Source of the DNA: a virus
Taxonomy: Duplodnaviria; Caudoviricetes
Strand: one strand, 5' to 3'
IMG/VR virus record: IMGVR_UViG_3300037424_000485
Span: 32,001 to 96,000 of that record
DNA: 64,000 nt
The notes under the pieces were generated by a model, which ran no database searches, was not told the origin of the DNA, and worked only from the letters and a program-made list of their open reading frames with translations. Position 1 is the first letter of the stretch. Every line of letters begins with the position of its first letter. A program made the translations under genes and the position numbers. Shown piece by piece: positions 54,574 to 64,000 of this stretch.

Positions 54574-54721
54574 GCGCGGAAGGTGTAAAAACCGTAGAGC
54601 TGGCTGTCTTCTATGTAAACCACACAAAGCAAACGGCACAAGGCTGAAAGATAAACTTCCTTATGGAGATTACAAAAAGGATGTGTTTACAAAAGAAGAT
54701 GTAGATGATATTATAGAATAA
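54563..54721 (+). CDS. Small basic Cys/His protein (not in ORF track)
   Basis: AGGAGG RBS, GTG start. NHKRGRCKNRRAGCLLCKPHKANG. Confidence 0.7.
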   Translation: MNHKRGRCKNRRAGCLLCKPHKANGTRLKDKLPYGDYKKDVFTKEDVDDIIE

Positions 54722-54744
54722 TAACATAATATGTAGGAGATTAG

Positions 54745-55926
54745 ATGGTGAATAAAGATAAAAATGTGCTATTACTTGGATATTCTGGTTATATAGGTAC
54801 AGCATTAACACAGAGATTATTACTTGAAGAATATAATGTAATAGGTGTTGATAATTTTAGCAGAAGATTAAATGTAGAAAAGTGTGATTCTGTTTCCGCT
54901 ATAAACACACCAGATGAAAAAGAAAAAGTTGTATTATTTAAAGGACTTGGTAATTTTGAAAGTCATGTTTTTGATATAAGTAAAGATTATAATAGTTTAG
55001 AGTATCTTTTTAAACATAATAAAATAGATCATATTATAAATCTTGCCCATAATCCATCTGCTCCTTATAGTATGAAAAACCAAGAGCAGTCTGATGAAGT
55101 ATTAAGAAATAATATTTGTGGAACTAATAATATATTATGGTGCATGAAAAAATATGCTACTAATGCTAGTAAAATATCTGCCGGGAGTACGGGAGAATTT
55201 GATCATCAGATTGGAATACCTATAGACGAAAATTCCATCTCTATAGAGGTCGATGGATTGACATCTAAAAATTTTATGTTTCCTAGACACCCAAACTCCC
55301 TATACCATTTAAGTAAAATATCATCTACATATATGATGAACTATATTTCTAAGATATGGAATCTTAGCTGTACTGATGTTATGCAAGCAGTTGTGTTTGG
55401 ATCATATACAGATGATATAGATATAACAGGCATAAACACCAGAATAGATTCAGATGAGTCGCAAGGAACAGTTATACATAGATTTATTGTCCAGGCATGT
55501 ATAGGAGAACCACTTACTATATATGGAGAGGGTCTTCATCAGAGGGGATTTTTATCTTTAAATGACTCCATACAGGCATTTATGATAGGTATAAAAAACC
55601 CCGCTAAAAAAGGGGAATATCTTACATGGAACCAGCTTAGTTCGTGGTCTTCTATTAATGATATATCTGATATGGTGGTAAAAGCTGGTAATAATATGGG
55701 TCTTGATGTACAGAAAAGACACATAACATCTCCTAGACCTGAACATACAGGAACACACTACTACAACTATATTACTAAAAAACTTGCCGATCTTGGGTAT
55801 AGACCCACAAGAACAATAGAACAAGAAATAGAATATACAATGAAAAAGGTATTATCTACGATAGAAAATGATAAAACAATAATACCCATTCTGAGAAAGA
55901 ACGTCATGCCTAAGATTATATTTTAA
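54745..55926 (+). CDS. sqdB: UDP-sulfoquinovose synthase homologue (SQD1/SqdB/Agl3 extended SDR)
   Basis: GYSGYIG, VDNFSRR, SAPYSM, NNICGT.N.L, YHLSK, QAVVFG, RF.VQA.IG.PLTIYG.G..RGFL, NPAKKGEY..NQ, PR.E...HYYN. Collinear with SQD1-family motifs along the whole length. Confidence 0.85.
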   Translation: MVNKDKNVLLLGYSGYIGTALTQRLLLEEYNVIGVDNFSRRLNVEKCDSVSAINTPDEKEKVVLFKGLGNFESHVFDISKDYNSLEYLFKHNKIDHIINLAHNPSAPYSMKNQEQSDEVLRNNICGTNNILWCMKKYATNASKISAGSTGEFDHQIGIPIDENSISIEVDGLTSKNFMFPRHPNSLYHLSKISSTYMMNYISKIWNLSCTDVMQAVVFGSYTDDIDITGINTRIDSDESQGTVIHRFIVQACIGEPLTIYGEGLHQRGFLSLNDSIQAFMIGIKNPAKKGEYLTWNQLSSWSSINDISDMVVKAGNNMGLDVQKRHITSPRPEHTGTHYYNYITKKLADLGYRPTRTIEQEIEYTMKKVLSTIENDKTIIPILRKNVMPKIIF

Positions 55927-56183
55927 TGGATAATTATAATATATTAAATACATTACAGCCACGACAAATAGAATGGCTGTATTGGCTATCACAAGGTGAA
56001 AATCAATATAGTGCGGCTAGTAAAATGGGTGTGTCTCATAGCTCTGATTCTATATCACTAAGGCAGAAGAGTATTAGATTGAAACTAAACTTATCCCGAA
56101 ATTATAGTCTTAAAATTATAGCCATAAATAATAAAAAATGGCTAATAGATAATGTAAAAATAAAAAAATGTGATGTGGTATGA
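55926..56183 (+). CDS. LuxR/GerE-like helix-turn-helix protein
   Basis: LQPRQIEWLYWLSQGENQYSAASKMGVS...IRLKL. Confidence 0.65.
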   Translation: MDNYNILNTLQPRQIEWLYWLSQGENQYSAASKMGVSHSSDSISLRQKSIRLKLNLSRNYSLKIIAINNKKWLIDNVKIKKCDVV

Positions 56184-57025
56184 GAGTAAAAATAAATGAT
56201 GGTATAAGCCTACATAAATTTCAAAAAAAGTCTTCCCAATATATCCAGCTAAAACCTCTAGTTAAATATGATACTGAGAAGAAGCCATATTTTACCGTTG
56301 TTATGTTATCGTGGAATAGATGGGAGAATTTAATTTTAGTGCTTCAAGATCTTCTTAAACATAAGATACCAATGAATTTATGTTTAACTATTCAAGAATG
56401 TAATATCATACCAGCAGAGAAGAAAAAAGAGATTGAGAAGCTTATTGTTCAGTTTCATGCAGCTGATGTAGAATGGCATTCAATCAATAGGGGTACTGGT
56501 GCTCCAAGGGGAGAGGCTATAGATCGTGCTTTAAAGCAGTTTGACTCTCCTTATATATTAACCACCGATGATGATATGTTCTTCCCTAAATATTCATTCC
56601 AAGCCCTTGCCAGTATGCTAGAAGACAAGCCTGAATATGGGGTAGTATCTTTATGGTGTGATCCAAGCTATAGTAAAATAGTTTTAGAAGAAAAACCAAA
56701 ACCTCGATTGAAAGTTCTCGGTTTTAATCAGGGGTTTCACGATGTAACGTGTCTTGGATCTGCCACAGCTATGTGGAGAAGAGAGATATTTGATAAATGT
56801 AAGTACGATCAAAATTATGTGATTGGATGGGCAGATTTTGATTTGACGCTCCAAATTCATTATGCTGGATGGAAATTAGGAGTTTTATGTCTTAATTATT
56901 TAAAACCACTAAATGATAAGGGTAAGAACACACCATCATACAATAAAGTTAGGCACAACATAATACCTGCTAACCAGGGAAAAAAGTATTTTAAAAACAA
57001 ATGGGGTTTTACATGGGGAAGATGA
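56180..57025 (+). CDS. Glycosyltransferase family 2
   Basis: FTVVMLSWNR, TTDDDM and ADFDL..QI..AGW motifs. Confidence 0.85.
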   Translation: MRVKINDGISLHKFQKKSSQYIQLKPLVKYDTEKKPYFTVVMLSWNRWENLILVLQDLLKHKIPMNLCLTIQECNIIPAEKKKEIEKLIVQFHAADVEWHSINRGTGAPRGEAIDRALKQFDSPYILTTDDDMFFPKYSFQALASMLEDKPEYGVVSLWCDPSYSKIVLEEKPKPRLKVLGFNQGFHDVTCLGSATAMWRREIFDKCKYDQNYVIGWADFDLTLQIHYAGWKLGVLCLNYLKPLNDKGKNTPSYNKVRHNIIPANQGKKYFKNKWGFTWGR

Positions 57026-57990
57026 GAATAATTTTTTATACGCCTAAGATTAATAAAATAGGTGGTAGTATTAGAACATTGTTATCCTATATGGATACAA
57101 TTAAAGAATTGGGATGGGATGTAAAAATGTGGACTAGGGTTAATGAGAAATTAAGCCACTTCAGAGATTTACAATCCCAACTATATTTTAATGGATATAA
57201 AAACATAAATGGGTATGATTTTATTATCAACGGCCCCCTTCCCAATGAAGAGAAGGATGTAATGTTTTTTAGAGGCAATGTACAACCATCCTTTAGTGAT
57301 CGCAAATCTATTAACTGGTGTATATCAGATGGGGATGTAAAAGATCATCCATCTATCATTGAGAGATGGACTAATTCTAATACCACTGCCAGTAAGTACG
57401 AGTTGGATATGAATGTTGTTATACCACCACATGACTACTCATTATTTAGAGCACATGGTGGCAATCCACAGGCAAATAGACGAATAGAGTTTGTTCATAT
57501 TGCAAGAATAAATGGGGCGAAAGAAAAAGGCATTGATGTTTTTGTTGATACTGTTCATAGGTTAAAAAAAGCAAGACAGAGCCTTTTGATTGCTATATGT
57601 AATATGAATGATCAAGCCAGTGTTAAATATCTAAGAAGTTTGGATATTCCTATTGTTATAAATCAAGACAGAAAGCAGATGGCCAGCATCTTGAATAATT
57701 CAAAATATCTTTTATTTCCATCTCGTATAGAGAGCTGTTCATTGTCTATCTATGAGGCCATGAATGCTGGATGTGTACCAATTGTTAGAAGTGTAGGTGC
57801 AGCTAGAGAGCAAATGGGGGATCTTGGATATACATTTCAGGATGATAAACATATTGCTTATGCCATAAGAAAGGCATGGGCTGATACTCAAGATTTACAA
57901 GAATATATGGCACAGGGCGAGTTGTTTGATAAGAAAAACAATATAATAACTCTAAAAGATAGGTTGATTAATATAGAAAACAATCTATGA
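57022..57990 (+). CDS. Glycosyltransferase family 4-like (GT-B)
   Basis: IGGSIR, KEKGID, LFPSRIESCSL..YEAMNAGC motifs. ATGA-coupled start. Confidence 0.85.
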   Translation: MRIIFYTPKINKIGGSIRTLLSYMDTIKELGWDVKMWTRVNEKLSHFRDLQSQLYFNGYKNINGYDFIINGPLPNEEKDVMFFRGNVQPSFSDRKSINWCISDGDVKDHPSIIERWTNSNTTASKYELDMNVVIPPHDYSLFRAHGGNPQANRRIEFVHIARINGAKEKGIDVFVDTVHRLKKARQSLLIAICNMNDQASVKYLRSLDIPIVINQDRKQMASILNNSKYLLFPSRIESCSLSIYEAMNAGCVPIVRSVGAAREQMGDLGYTFQDDKHIAYAIRKAWADTQDLQEYMAQGELFDKKNNIITLKDRLINIENNL

Positions 57991-58952
57991 GAGTATTATT
58001 TGTAACTGTTAATAGAGGTCATAGGGTTGCGTTCAATCTGTTTACGCCACTACAGAAAGAATTAGCAACCTTGTGTGATATGGATATCTATGAAAAACAA
58101 GTAGGTATTCATGGCAGGAAATATCAACAAGAATTTTTTAAAAACCCTAATAGTTACATAAAAGAGCTGGACATAAGCAATATAAACAACAATTATGATG
58201 TAGTTATTACTGATGCTTTGTTTGCTTTTATGGGGGAAGATTGGAATTTAGTAACTATTCCTAAGTTTACACTCATAGAAGACCAACATAATCAATGTAT
58301 GAACATTGTGAGGACAGCGAATTCAATTTTTCATAAATTTGATTATTTTATAGTGAGATATAGGGATGCTTTTTACGATAACCATCCTACTATCAATAGA
58401 GATAGGATAATTTGGTCGCCACATGCAGTAGATGTGACATTTTTTAAAGACTATCAAGAGCCTAGAAGTATATATTCATTAACAACTGGTAGTATAGCCG
58501 GATCTATATATCCTTTAAGAGAAAAAGTATATAATGAAATGAAATCTAGTGGACATTACCAAAGAATTGATCGACCAGTAGAAGGCATGGCTGATAATAA
58601 ATGGCCTATAGGACGTGACTATGCTAAATTGCTTAGTTCTTCACTTATATCGTTTGCTTGTAATAGTATTTATAAATATCCCGTGATGAAAATATTTGAA
58701 ATACCTGCATGTAGATCAGTATTATGTTGCGACTATACAGATGAGATGAATGATTTGGGGTTTGTACCAGATATAAACATGCTAGAAATAAGTATGGATA
58801 TGGATATACAAAAATTTATTACATTACAACTAAAAGACAAACAGCGGTTAGAGAATATTGCAACTAGAGGTCTTGAGTTAATTCAAGAAAGACATACAGT
58901 CCAGATACGGGCAAAACAACTATATGATTTAATTAGGAAAATATATGAATAA
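57987..58952 (+). CDS. GT-B glycosyltransferase (CgeB/Glycos_transf_1-like)
   Basis: PHAVDVTFF, YPLRE.V, GRDYAKLL..S, KIFEIPAC, RHTVQIRAKQ motifs. Confidence 0.8.
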   Translation: MRVLFVTVNRGHRVAFNLFTPLQKELATLCDMDIYEKQVGIHGRKYQQEFFKNPNSYIKELDISNINNNYDVVITDALFAFMGEDWNLVTIPKFTLIEDQHNQCMNIVRTANSIFHKFDYFIVRYRDAFYDNHPTINRDRIIWSPHAVDVTFFKDYQEPRSIYSLTTGSIAGSIYPLREKVYNEMKSSGHYQRIDRPVEGMADNKWPIGRDYAKLLSSSLISFACNSIYKYPVMKIFEIPACRSVLCCDYTDEMNDLGFVPDINMLEISMDMDIQKFITLQLKDKQRLENIATRGLELIQERHTVQIRAKQLYDLIRKIYE

Positions 58953-59526
58953 CCTCTCAGAACTCTACTCTAAACAATATGTTAACAATATTGTAAGCAA
59001 GGAATGGAGATATCAAGATTCGGATAAGAAAATACAATTGCTCTATAACCACTTTAAGCCTACCTCTGTGATGGATATAGGTGCTGCTAATGGTGTACAT
59101 ACCAATAGTTGGAGAAAGCTCGGATGCACCACATATGGTGTCGAGGGAACGGTTCATTTTGAACAGTACCTAAAAACCAATGTCGATGAATATATTATTC
59201 AAGACATAAGACAGCCTTTTTATGTTGGGAAAAAGTTTGACCTTGTTATTTCAGTTGAAGTATTAGAGCATATAGAAAAAGAATATATCGATATTACTAT
59301 TAATAATATCTGTGCTCATGGAGATGTATTGTTTATTACAGCAAATCCTAGCGAGGGAGGGCATTCTCATGTTAACCCACAGCCTAAGGAATACTGGATA
59401 GATCTATTCACATCCAGAGGTTATACATATGAAGAAGAAGAGACTAAAATATTTTCTGATATCTATAGAAAAGAGATAGGTACTGGATGGTATTCTGAAT
59501 ATTCGATGATTTTCAGGAATAAATGA
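58945..59526 (+). CDS. Class I SAM-dependent methyltransferase
   Basis: VMDIGAANG, FDLVISVEVLEH, GHSHVNPQPKEYW motifs. Confidence 0.85.
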   Translation: MNNLSELYSKQYVNNIVSKEWRYQDSDKKIQLLYNHFKPTSVMDIGAANGVHTNSWRKLGCTTYGVEGTVHFEQYLKTNVDEYIIQDIRQPFYVGKKFDLVISVEVLEHIEKEYIDITINNICAHGDVLFITANPSEGGHSHVNPQPKEYWIDLFTSRGYTYEEEETKIFSDIYRKEIGTGWYSEYSMIFRNK

Positions 59527-60368
59527 AAATAAATATTATAATGTGTGGTAAGAGTAAAACATTTATAGAATTAATAAAGGCTTTTACATTATCTATCTCT
59601 GAATTAGGCCACACTGTCAATAAGATATATACATACTTTCCAAAGAATAATATAGTTCCCTTAATAGATAATAAGGGTATAGATGTTAATGTATATATAG
59701 GCGTAATAAAAAATAGAAACGTTCTTGATAATAATGTATTTAATGTTTTTTTTAATACAGAACAACAGGAATATTCATCATCACCTAAAATATGGAAAGA
59801 AAAGACATCACAGTTTGATCTAGTTCTTGATATGTTTATCAATAGACCATTATATGGGGCATCTGCTGTATATTGCCCTATAGGATGGTCATCAGCATTT
59901 GAGTCTATGTCTAAAATCCGTCCTGCAAAAACAATGAATGTTGTCCATATAGGGCCTTTGATTGGTGGTAAAAATAATGACAAGATCTACTATCATAACA
60001 ATTATAAAAATATTATAACTGTTAAAGGTGGGTTTGGCGCGGTGAGAGATGATATTATATTAAGATCAAAGATACATTTGATTCTAAGTAGGGGTGAATT
60101 CTATGAGCTACCCCAATTAAGGGCTTTATTTTCTATGTGTAATAAAGTTTTTACTTTGGTAAACACCCATAGTAGTTATGGTATATATGAGCCAGATAAG
60201 CATTTTGTAGTTTTTGATGATTTAGATGTTGTTTCTAGCTATTGGTTGAATAAAAATAAAAGAAGAGAAGAATTTGCTGTAGAATGCTATAGAGATATAA
60301 AGAAAAATCATCCATTTACAATGTATCTAGAAAAAGCAGTAAAAGGTACAACACTACAAGGAGTATAA
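59523..60368 (+). CDS. Probable GT-B glycosyltransferase-like protein
   Basis: NTEQ, FG..RDDIILRSKI.L, E..RALF pattern, embedded in the GT operon. Confidence 0.6.
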   Translation: MKINIIMCGKSKTFIELIKAFTLSISELGHTVNKIYTYFPKNNIVPLIDNKGIDVNVYIGVIKNRNVLDNNVFNVFFNTEQQEYSSSPKIWKEKTSQFDLVLDMFINRPLYGASAVYCPIGWSSAFESMSKIRPAKTMNVVHIGPLIGGKNNDKIYYHNNYKNIITVKGGFGAVRDDIILRSKIHLILSRGEFYELPQLRALFSMCNKVFTLVNTHSSYGIYEPDKHFVVFDDLDVVSSYWLNKNKRREEFAVECYRDIKKNHPFTMYLEKAVKGTTLQGV

Positions 60369-60973
60369 TGTCTAATATAAAATTATCAGTTTTAGTATGC
60401 ACACTACCATCCAGGCTACACCAACTACCTAGCATTATTAAAGAGTTGGATAAACAAGCTACTGGAAAGCCAGTAGAAATTCTATATCTAGGGGATAATG
60501 GGCTAATGGATGTTGGTGTTAAGAGAAATACATTAGTTAATATGGCACAGGGAGATTATGTGGTTCATGTCGATGATGATGACAGAATAACATCTGATTA
60601 TATTGATTATATCTTAGCAGGTATTGGAGATAGAACTGTAGATAGCGTGGTGTTTGATGTAGAGATTACAATAAATGGTAAAGATCCTAAAAAGGTTAAG
60701 TACGGGAAAGACCTTGTTAACTGCAAGCAACCATATGGATATGATAGAATGACAAACCATATAATGTGCGTTAAAAGGAGTATAGCTGTAAAACATCCAT
60801 TTATGGTCACAGGAAGGGCGAAGGATGGTAAATGGGGTAGAGTTATGGCAACAGTCCTTAAAAGTGAAGCACGTATTGATAAAGTTCTTTATTACTATGA
60901 TTTCTATGGCGATAGGTCAGAAGTAAGAGCGCGTTATAAAAAATTTCCAGATCTATATCCAAAAGAGAGATAA
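60368..60973 (+). CDS. Glycosyltransferase family 2
   Basis: LSVLVCT, GVKRN.L...AQGDYVVHVDDDD motifs. Confidence 0.85.
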   Translation: MSNIKLSVLVCTLPSRLHQLPSIIKELDKQATGKPVEILYLGDNGLMDVGVKRNTLVNMAQGDYVVHVDDDDRITSDYIDYILAGIGDRTVDSVVFDVEITINGKDPKKVKYGKDLVNCKQPYGYDRMTNHIMCVKRSIAVKHPFMVTGRAKDGKWGRVMATVLKSEARIDKVLYYYDFYGDRSEVRARYKKFPDLYPKER

Positions 60974-61582
60974 ATGAACAGAGCACAGATTATAAACAAA
61001 ATAATTAAAAAAAGAAAATATGTAGATTACTTAGAAATAGGTATAAAAAAAGGTAAATGTTTTAAAGAAGTTAAGTGTCTGAATATGACAGGAATAGAAC
61101 CAAATCCTGTATGGAAAGATGAAAGACTTGTTTATATGACATCTGATGATTTTTTCAGACAAAACAACAACAGGTATGATATAGTCTTTATAGATGGTCT
61201 TCATTATCATCAACAGGTGTTGAAAGATATAGAAAATTCTCTTAAATGCTTGAATGATGGTGGTGTGGTGGTGTTACACGATTGCAACCCAATTGATAAG
61301 GCACACCAGGCAGTTCCTATAGAGAGAGCTAAAGGAACTTGGAATGGCGATTGCTGGAAAGCTTTTGTATTAACAAGTCAAAAATACCCATACCATATGT
61401 TTGTTGTGAACACAGATCATGGGGTAGGTGTGATAGATACCAAACATGAAATAGAATTGTTGGATAATTATAAACTAACAATTGATGAGCTTCATTATAA
61501 AGAACTGGATAAAAATAGAAAAGAGTGGTTAAATCTCAAGGAAGAATTATATATAGATGAGTGGTTAAATGGGAGAATTTAA
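60974..61582 (+). CDS. Class I SAM-dependent methyltransferase (Methyltransf_24-like)
   Basis: [32 protein letters not shown] motifs. Confidence 0.85.
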   Translation: MNRAQIINKIIKKRKYVDYLEIGIKKGKCFKEVKCLNMTGIEPNPVWKDERLVYMTSDDFFRQNNNRYDIVFIDGLHYHQQVLKDIENSLKCLNDGGVVVLHDCNPIDKAHQAVPIERAKGTWNGDCWKAFVLTSQKYPYHMFVVNTDHGVGVIDTKHEIELLDNYKLTIDELHYKELDKNRKEWLNLKEELYIDEWLNGRI

Positions 61583-62120
61583 AACTACAAGAGAGACACA
61601 TCCTAAATTTGCAAATTGTGTAGGTAGACATACCTATGGCCCCATACAAAAAGTTGGTAGAGGGAAAATACAAATAGGTAATTTCTGTTCACTTGCCGGT
61701 GGTATACAATTTATAACATGGGGTCATAAGACAGACTGGATAACTACATATCCTTTATCTGTATTAGATTATTGGAATGGTGGGTCTAAGATTATAGAGG
61801 GACATCCTGTTATATATAATACTATAGTGGTTGGTCATGATGTTTGGATAGGACAGAGTGCTATTATAATGGGCGGCGTGACGATTGAAAGTGGGGCTAT
61901 TATAGCAGCCGGTGCCGTTGTGACAAAAGATGTAGAGGCATATTCTATTGTTGGCGGAAACCCTGCTAAATTAATTAAAAAAAGATTCTCTGATGAAGAT
62001 ATCGAGTATTTACTTAGATTAAAATGGTGGGATAAAACAGATAAAGAGATTAAAAGATTAGTGCCATATCTTTGCACTGATAATGTTAGTAGGTTAAGAA
62101 AAATATTAGAGGCTAAATGA
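61569..62120 (+). CDS. Hexapeptide-repeat O-acetyltransferase (CatB/Vat-like)
   Basis: [43 protein letters not shown] and WWD motifs. Confidence 0.9.
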   Translation: MGEFKTTRETHPKFANCVGRHTYGPIQKVGRGKIQIGNFCSLAGGIQFITWGHKTDWITTYPLSVLDYWNGGSKIIEGHPVIYNTIVVGHDVWIGQSAIIMGGVTIESGAIIAAGAVVTKDVEAYSIVGGNPAKLIKKRFSDEDIEYLLRLKWWDKTDKEIKRLVPYLCTDNVSRLRKILEAK

Positions 62121-62911
62121 GAATAATAATAACGGGGAGTTCTGGATATATAGGAAATAACCTATGTAAGGCATTGAGAAGTTTGAATCATGATGTTATG
62201 GGCATAGATAAAATAACTGGTGATAATATTAATTCTATTGGAGTTAAAGAACTCATTGTAAAATTCAAACCAGATTGGATTGTTCATCTTGCTGCTCTCC
62301 CATCGATATTAGCATGTGAAGAACATAAAGAACAAGCTACATATGATAACGTAAAAACTACAGAAGTCATTTCTGAAGCTGCTTCAGAAATTGGATGTCC
62401 TGTTATGTTTTCTTCTTCACAAGCTGCTAAGAATCCAGAATCTAGTCATTATGCGTGGTGTAAACATGAATCAGAGACTTTGCTAAACGAAATGAATTCT
62501 GGATATGTTTTGAGATTTTCTAACATATATGGCGGTGATAACTATGCTGAGAAAAAAAGTTCAGTAATGGCCCAATTTGTAAAGGCATATAGAGAAGGAA
62601 AAGCACTAGTTGCTAATGGAAATGGATCTCAAGGTAGAGACTTTTTACATCTAAATGATCTATTAAATGTTATGATAGATTTAATGGATGTACCCCCATC
62701 AACTATGCATACTTTAGATGTAGGTACAGGAATAGCAACATCAATATTAGATATTATTAAAATGTTTAATTGTCCTTATATACTAAACACTAATAGTTCA
62801 AGCGTAGGGATAGAGTCCAACTTTGCTGATGTCATAATGATGAAATTATTAATAGGTTATGCGCCCAAACCACGGATGAGAGAATGGGTAAAGGAGATAA
62901 CTAATGGTTAG
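62117..62911 (+). CDS. NAD-dependent epimerase/dehydratase
   Basis: [19 protein letters not shown] (YxxxK), RFSNIYG and RDFLH motifs. Confidence 0.88.
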   Translation: MRIIITGSSGYIGNNLCKALRSLNHDVMGIDKITGDNINSIGVKELIVKFKPDWIVHLAALPSILACEEHKEQATYDNVKTTEVISEAASEIGCPVMFSSSQAAKNPESSHYAWCKHESETLLNEMNSGYVLRFSNIYGGDNYAEKKSSVMAQFVKAYREGKALVANGNGSQGRDFLHLNDLLNVMIDLMDVPPSTMHTLDVGTGIATSILDIIKMFNCPYILNTNSSSVGIESNFADVIMMKLLIGYAPKPRMREWVKEITNG

Positions 62912-63521
62912 ATATATAGGTGACTTATCAAAGCAAGATGTTAAAGTTCTTGTTGAATTTAGCACACGATCCAAAAACATACTAGAATTTGGTGTTGGTG
63001 GGTCTACTCAGGTTATGGCACAATCCACAAAAGGAAACATAACCAGTGTTGATACGTCTATTGAATGGATTAATCTTACTAAAGATAATCTAAATATATT
63101 AGGTATTACTAAAGATGTGTCTTTTGTGATATATGACGATTGGAAAAGAAGAAATTATAATACCAAATATGACATGATATTTAATGATGGTATATCCAAT
63201 CTTAGACAGGAGTTTATGGAACTGACATGGGATCTACTAAAGGTCGGTGGACATATGATATTTCATGATACACGTGTAAATGTTCATAAAGATACAATCA
63301 TTGATTTATATATTAAAAAGTGGTCAGAGATAGAACATATTTTGGTAAACACTGACGATAGTAATATGACTGTTATTAAAAAGAAACGCCACACACCCTA
63401 TGTTAATTGGAATAAAAAAGAGGGTAGAGAAGCATGGATGCGCGGCACTGGTAATAGACCAGATGATTTCTTAAAGAGGGTTAGTACCGTTATGTTTAAT
63501 TCCATTGAGTGTGACGAATAG
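62904..63521 (+). CDS. Class I SAM-dependent methyltransferase
   Basis: ILEFGVGGST, YDMIFNDG, GG.MIFHD motifs. Confidence 0.8.
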   Translation: MVRYIGDLSKQDVKVLVEFSTRSKNILEFGVGGSTQVMAQSTKGNITSVDTSIEWINLTKDNLNILGITKDVSFVIYDDWKRRNYNTKYDMIFNDGISNLRQEFMELTWDLLKVGGHMIFHDTRVNVHKDTIIDLYIKKWSEIEHILVNTDDSNMTVIKKKRHTPYVNWNKKEGREAWMRGTGNRPDDFLKRVSTVMFNSIECDE

Positions 63522-63702
63522 CACTAAGAACAGATACTTCATGAGATATACCACCATCAAATATTACTTCTCTCATAAAATCCATAGCTTCTATTTCAGA
63601 CTGGGCAATAACCTGTTTTTGAAAACAGCCGCCATGTACGAGATTTAGTATATTTACGCTCCACACCCACTCACCATCTGCCTCATTGGTCATATCTTTC
63701 AT
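63496..63702 (-). CDS. Hypothetical protein
   Basis: 68-aa ORF converging on the glycan operon, AAGG RBS-like upstream. Confidence 0.55.
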   Translation of the reverse strand: MKDMTNEADGEWVWSVNILNLVHGGCFQKQVIAQSEIEAMDFMREVIFDGGISHEVSVLSAIRHTQWN

Positions 63703-63772
63703 TAGATATCCTTTTAGCTTTACGTTAATCTTATAGAGATAATATACGAGGATATCAATAATAAGTCAACAT

Positions 63773-63961
63773 TTATTTTAGATATTTGTTGATGGATGAA
63801 TCTATACTATGATAATCAAACTCAGGAGGGTATGTTATATCGCTTAACGCATTAACATCATTAACAATTTTAAAATGTTTTGTGTTATAATTAACATTTT
63901 CCGATACACTTTTACCACTAGATAGATCTATAAAGTCTATTGATTTTCCTTTTGATTTCAT
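63773..63961 (-). CDS. Hypothetical protein
   Basis: 62-aa ORF. Confidence 0.5.
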   Translation of the reverse strand: MKSKGKSIDFIDLSSGKSVSENVNYNTKHFKIVNDVNALSDITYPPEFDYHSIDSSINKYLK

Positions 63962-64000
63962 ACTACCTAAATCATATATAAGAACAGGGGCATATTTGTC

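Noticed and set aside
1-64000. tRNA or rRNA genes
   Set aside because: No cloverleaf with a TTC(G/A)A T-loop and acceptor stem was recognised by eye; tRNAscan-SE/ARAGORN would be needed to exclude them formally.

Overview
This is an AT-rich 64 kb segment of a large T4-like (Caudoviricetes) dsDNA phage genome. The evidence is T4-type replication and recombination genes (UvsW, UvsX, probable UvsY, gp46/gp47, gp61 primase, RNase H, ATP-dependent ligase), many TATAAATA late promoters and sigma70-type early promoters. It also carries nucleotide metabolism genes (class II RNR NrdJ, dUTPase, PRPP synthetase, dNMP-kinase-like), an HD-domain CCA-adding enzyme and NADAR. A roughly 9 kb glycan-modification operon is led by a clear UDP-sulfoquinovose synthase homologue. 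About one fifth of the window is free-standing homing-endonuclease-like genes. These include ten paralogous HNH genes with a near-identical C-terminal nuclease module on swapped N-terminal modules, plus an internally deleted scar of an eleventh. The most striking unexplained patterns are five. (1) A shared C-terminal peptide tag, [ILV]-P-x-[ED]-[LM]-F-x-[MIL], on about 11 otherwise unrelated small ORFs. (2) T4 capsid-targeting-like N-termini, including on the CCA enzyme. (3) The sulfoquinovose/glycosyltransferase operon. (4) The modular HNH family. (5) Several candidate structured non-coding RNAs. All assignments come from motif recognition by eye; no database searches were run. No tRNA, rRNA or CRISPR array was recognised.
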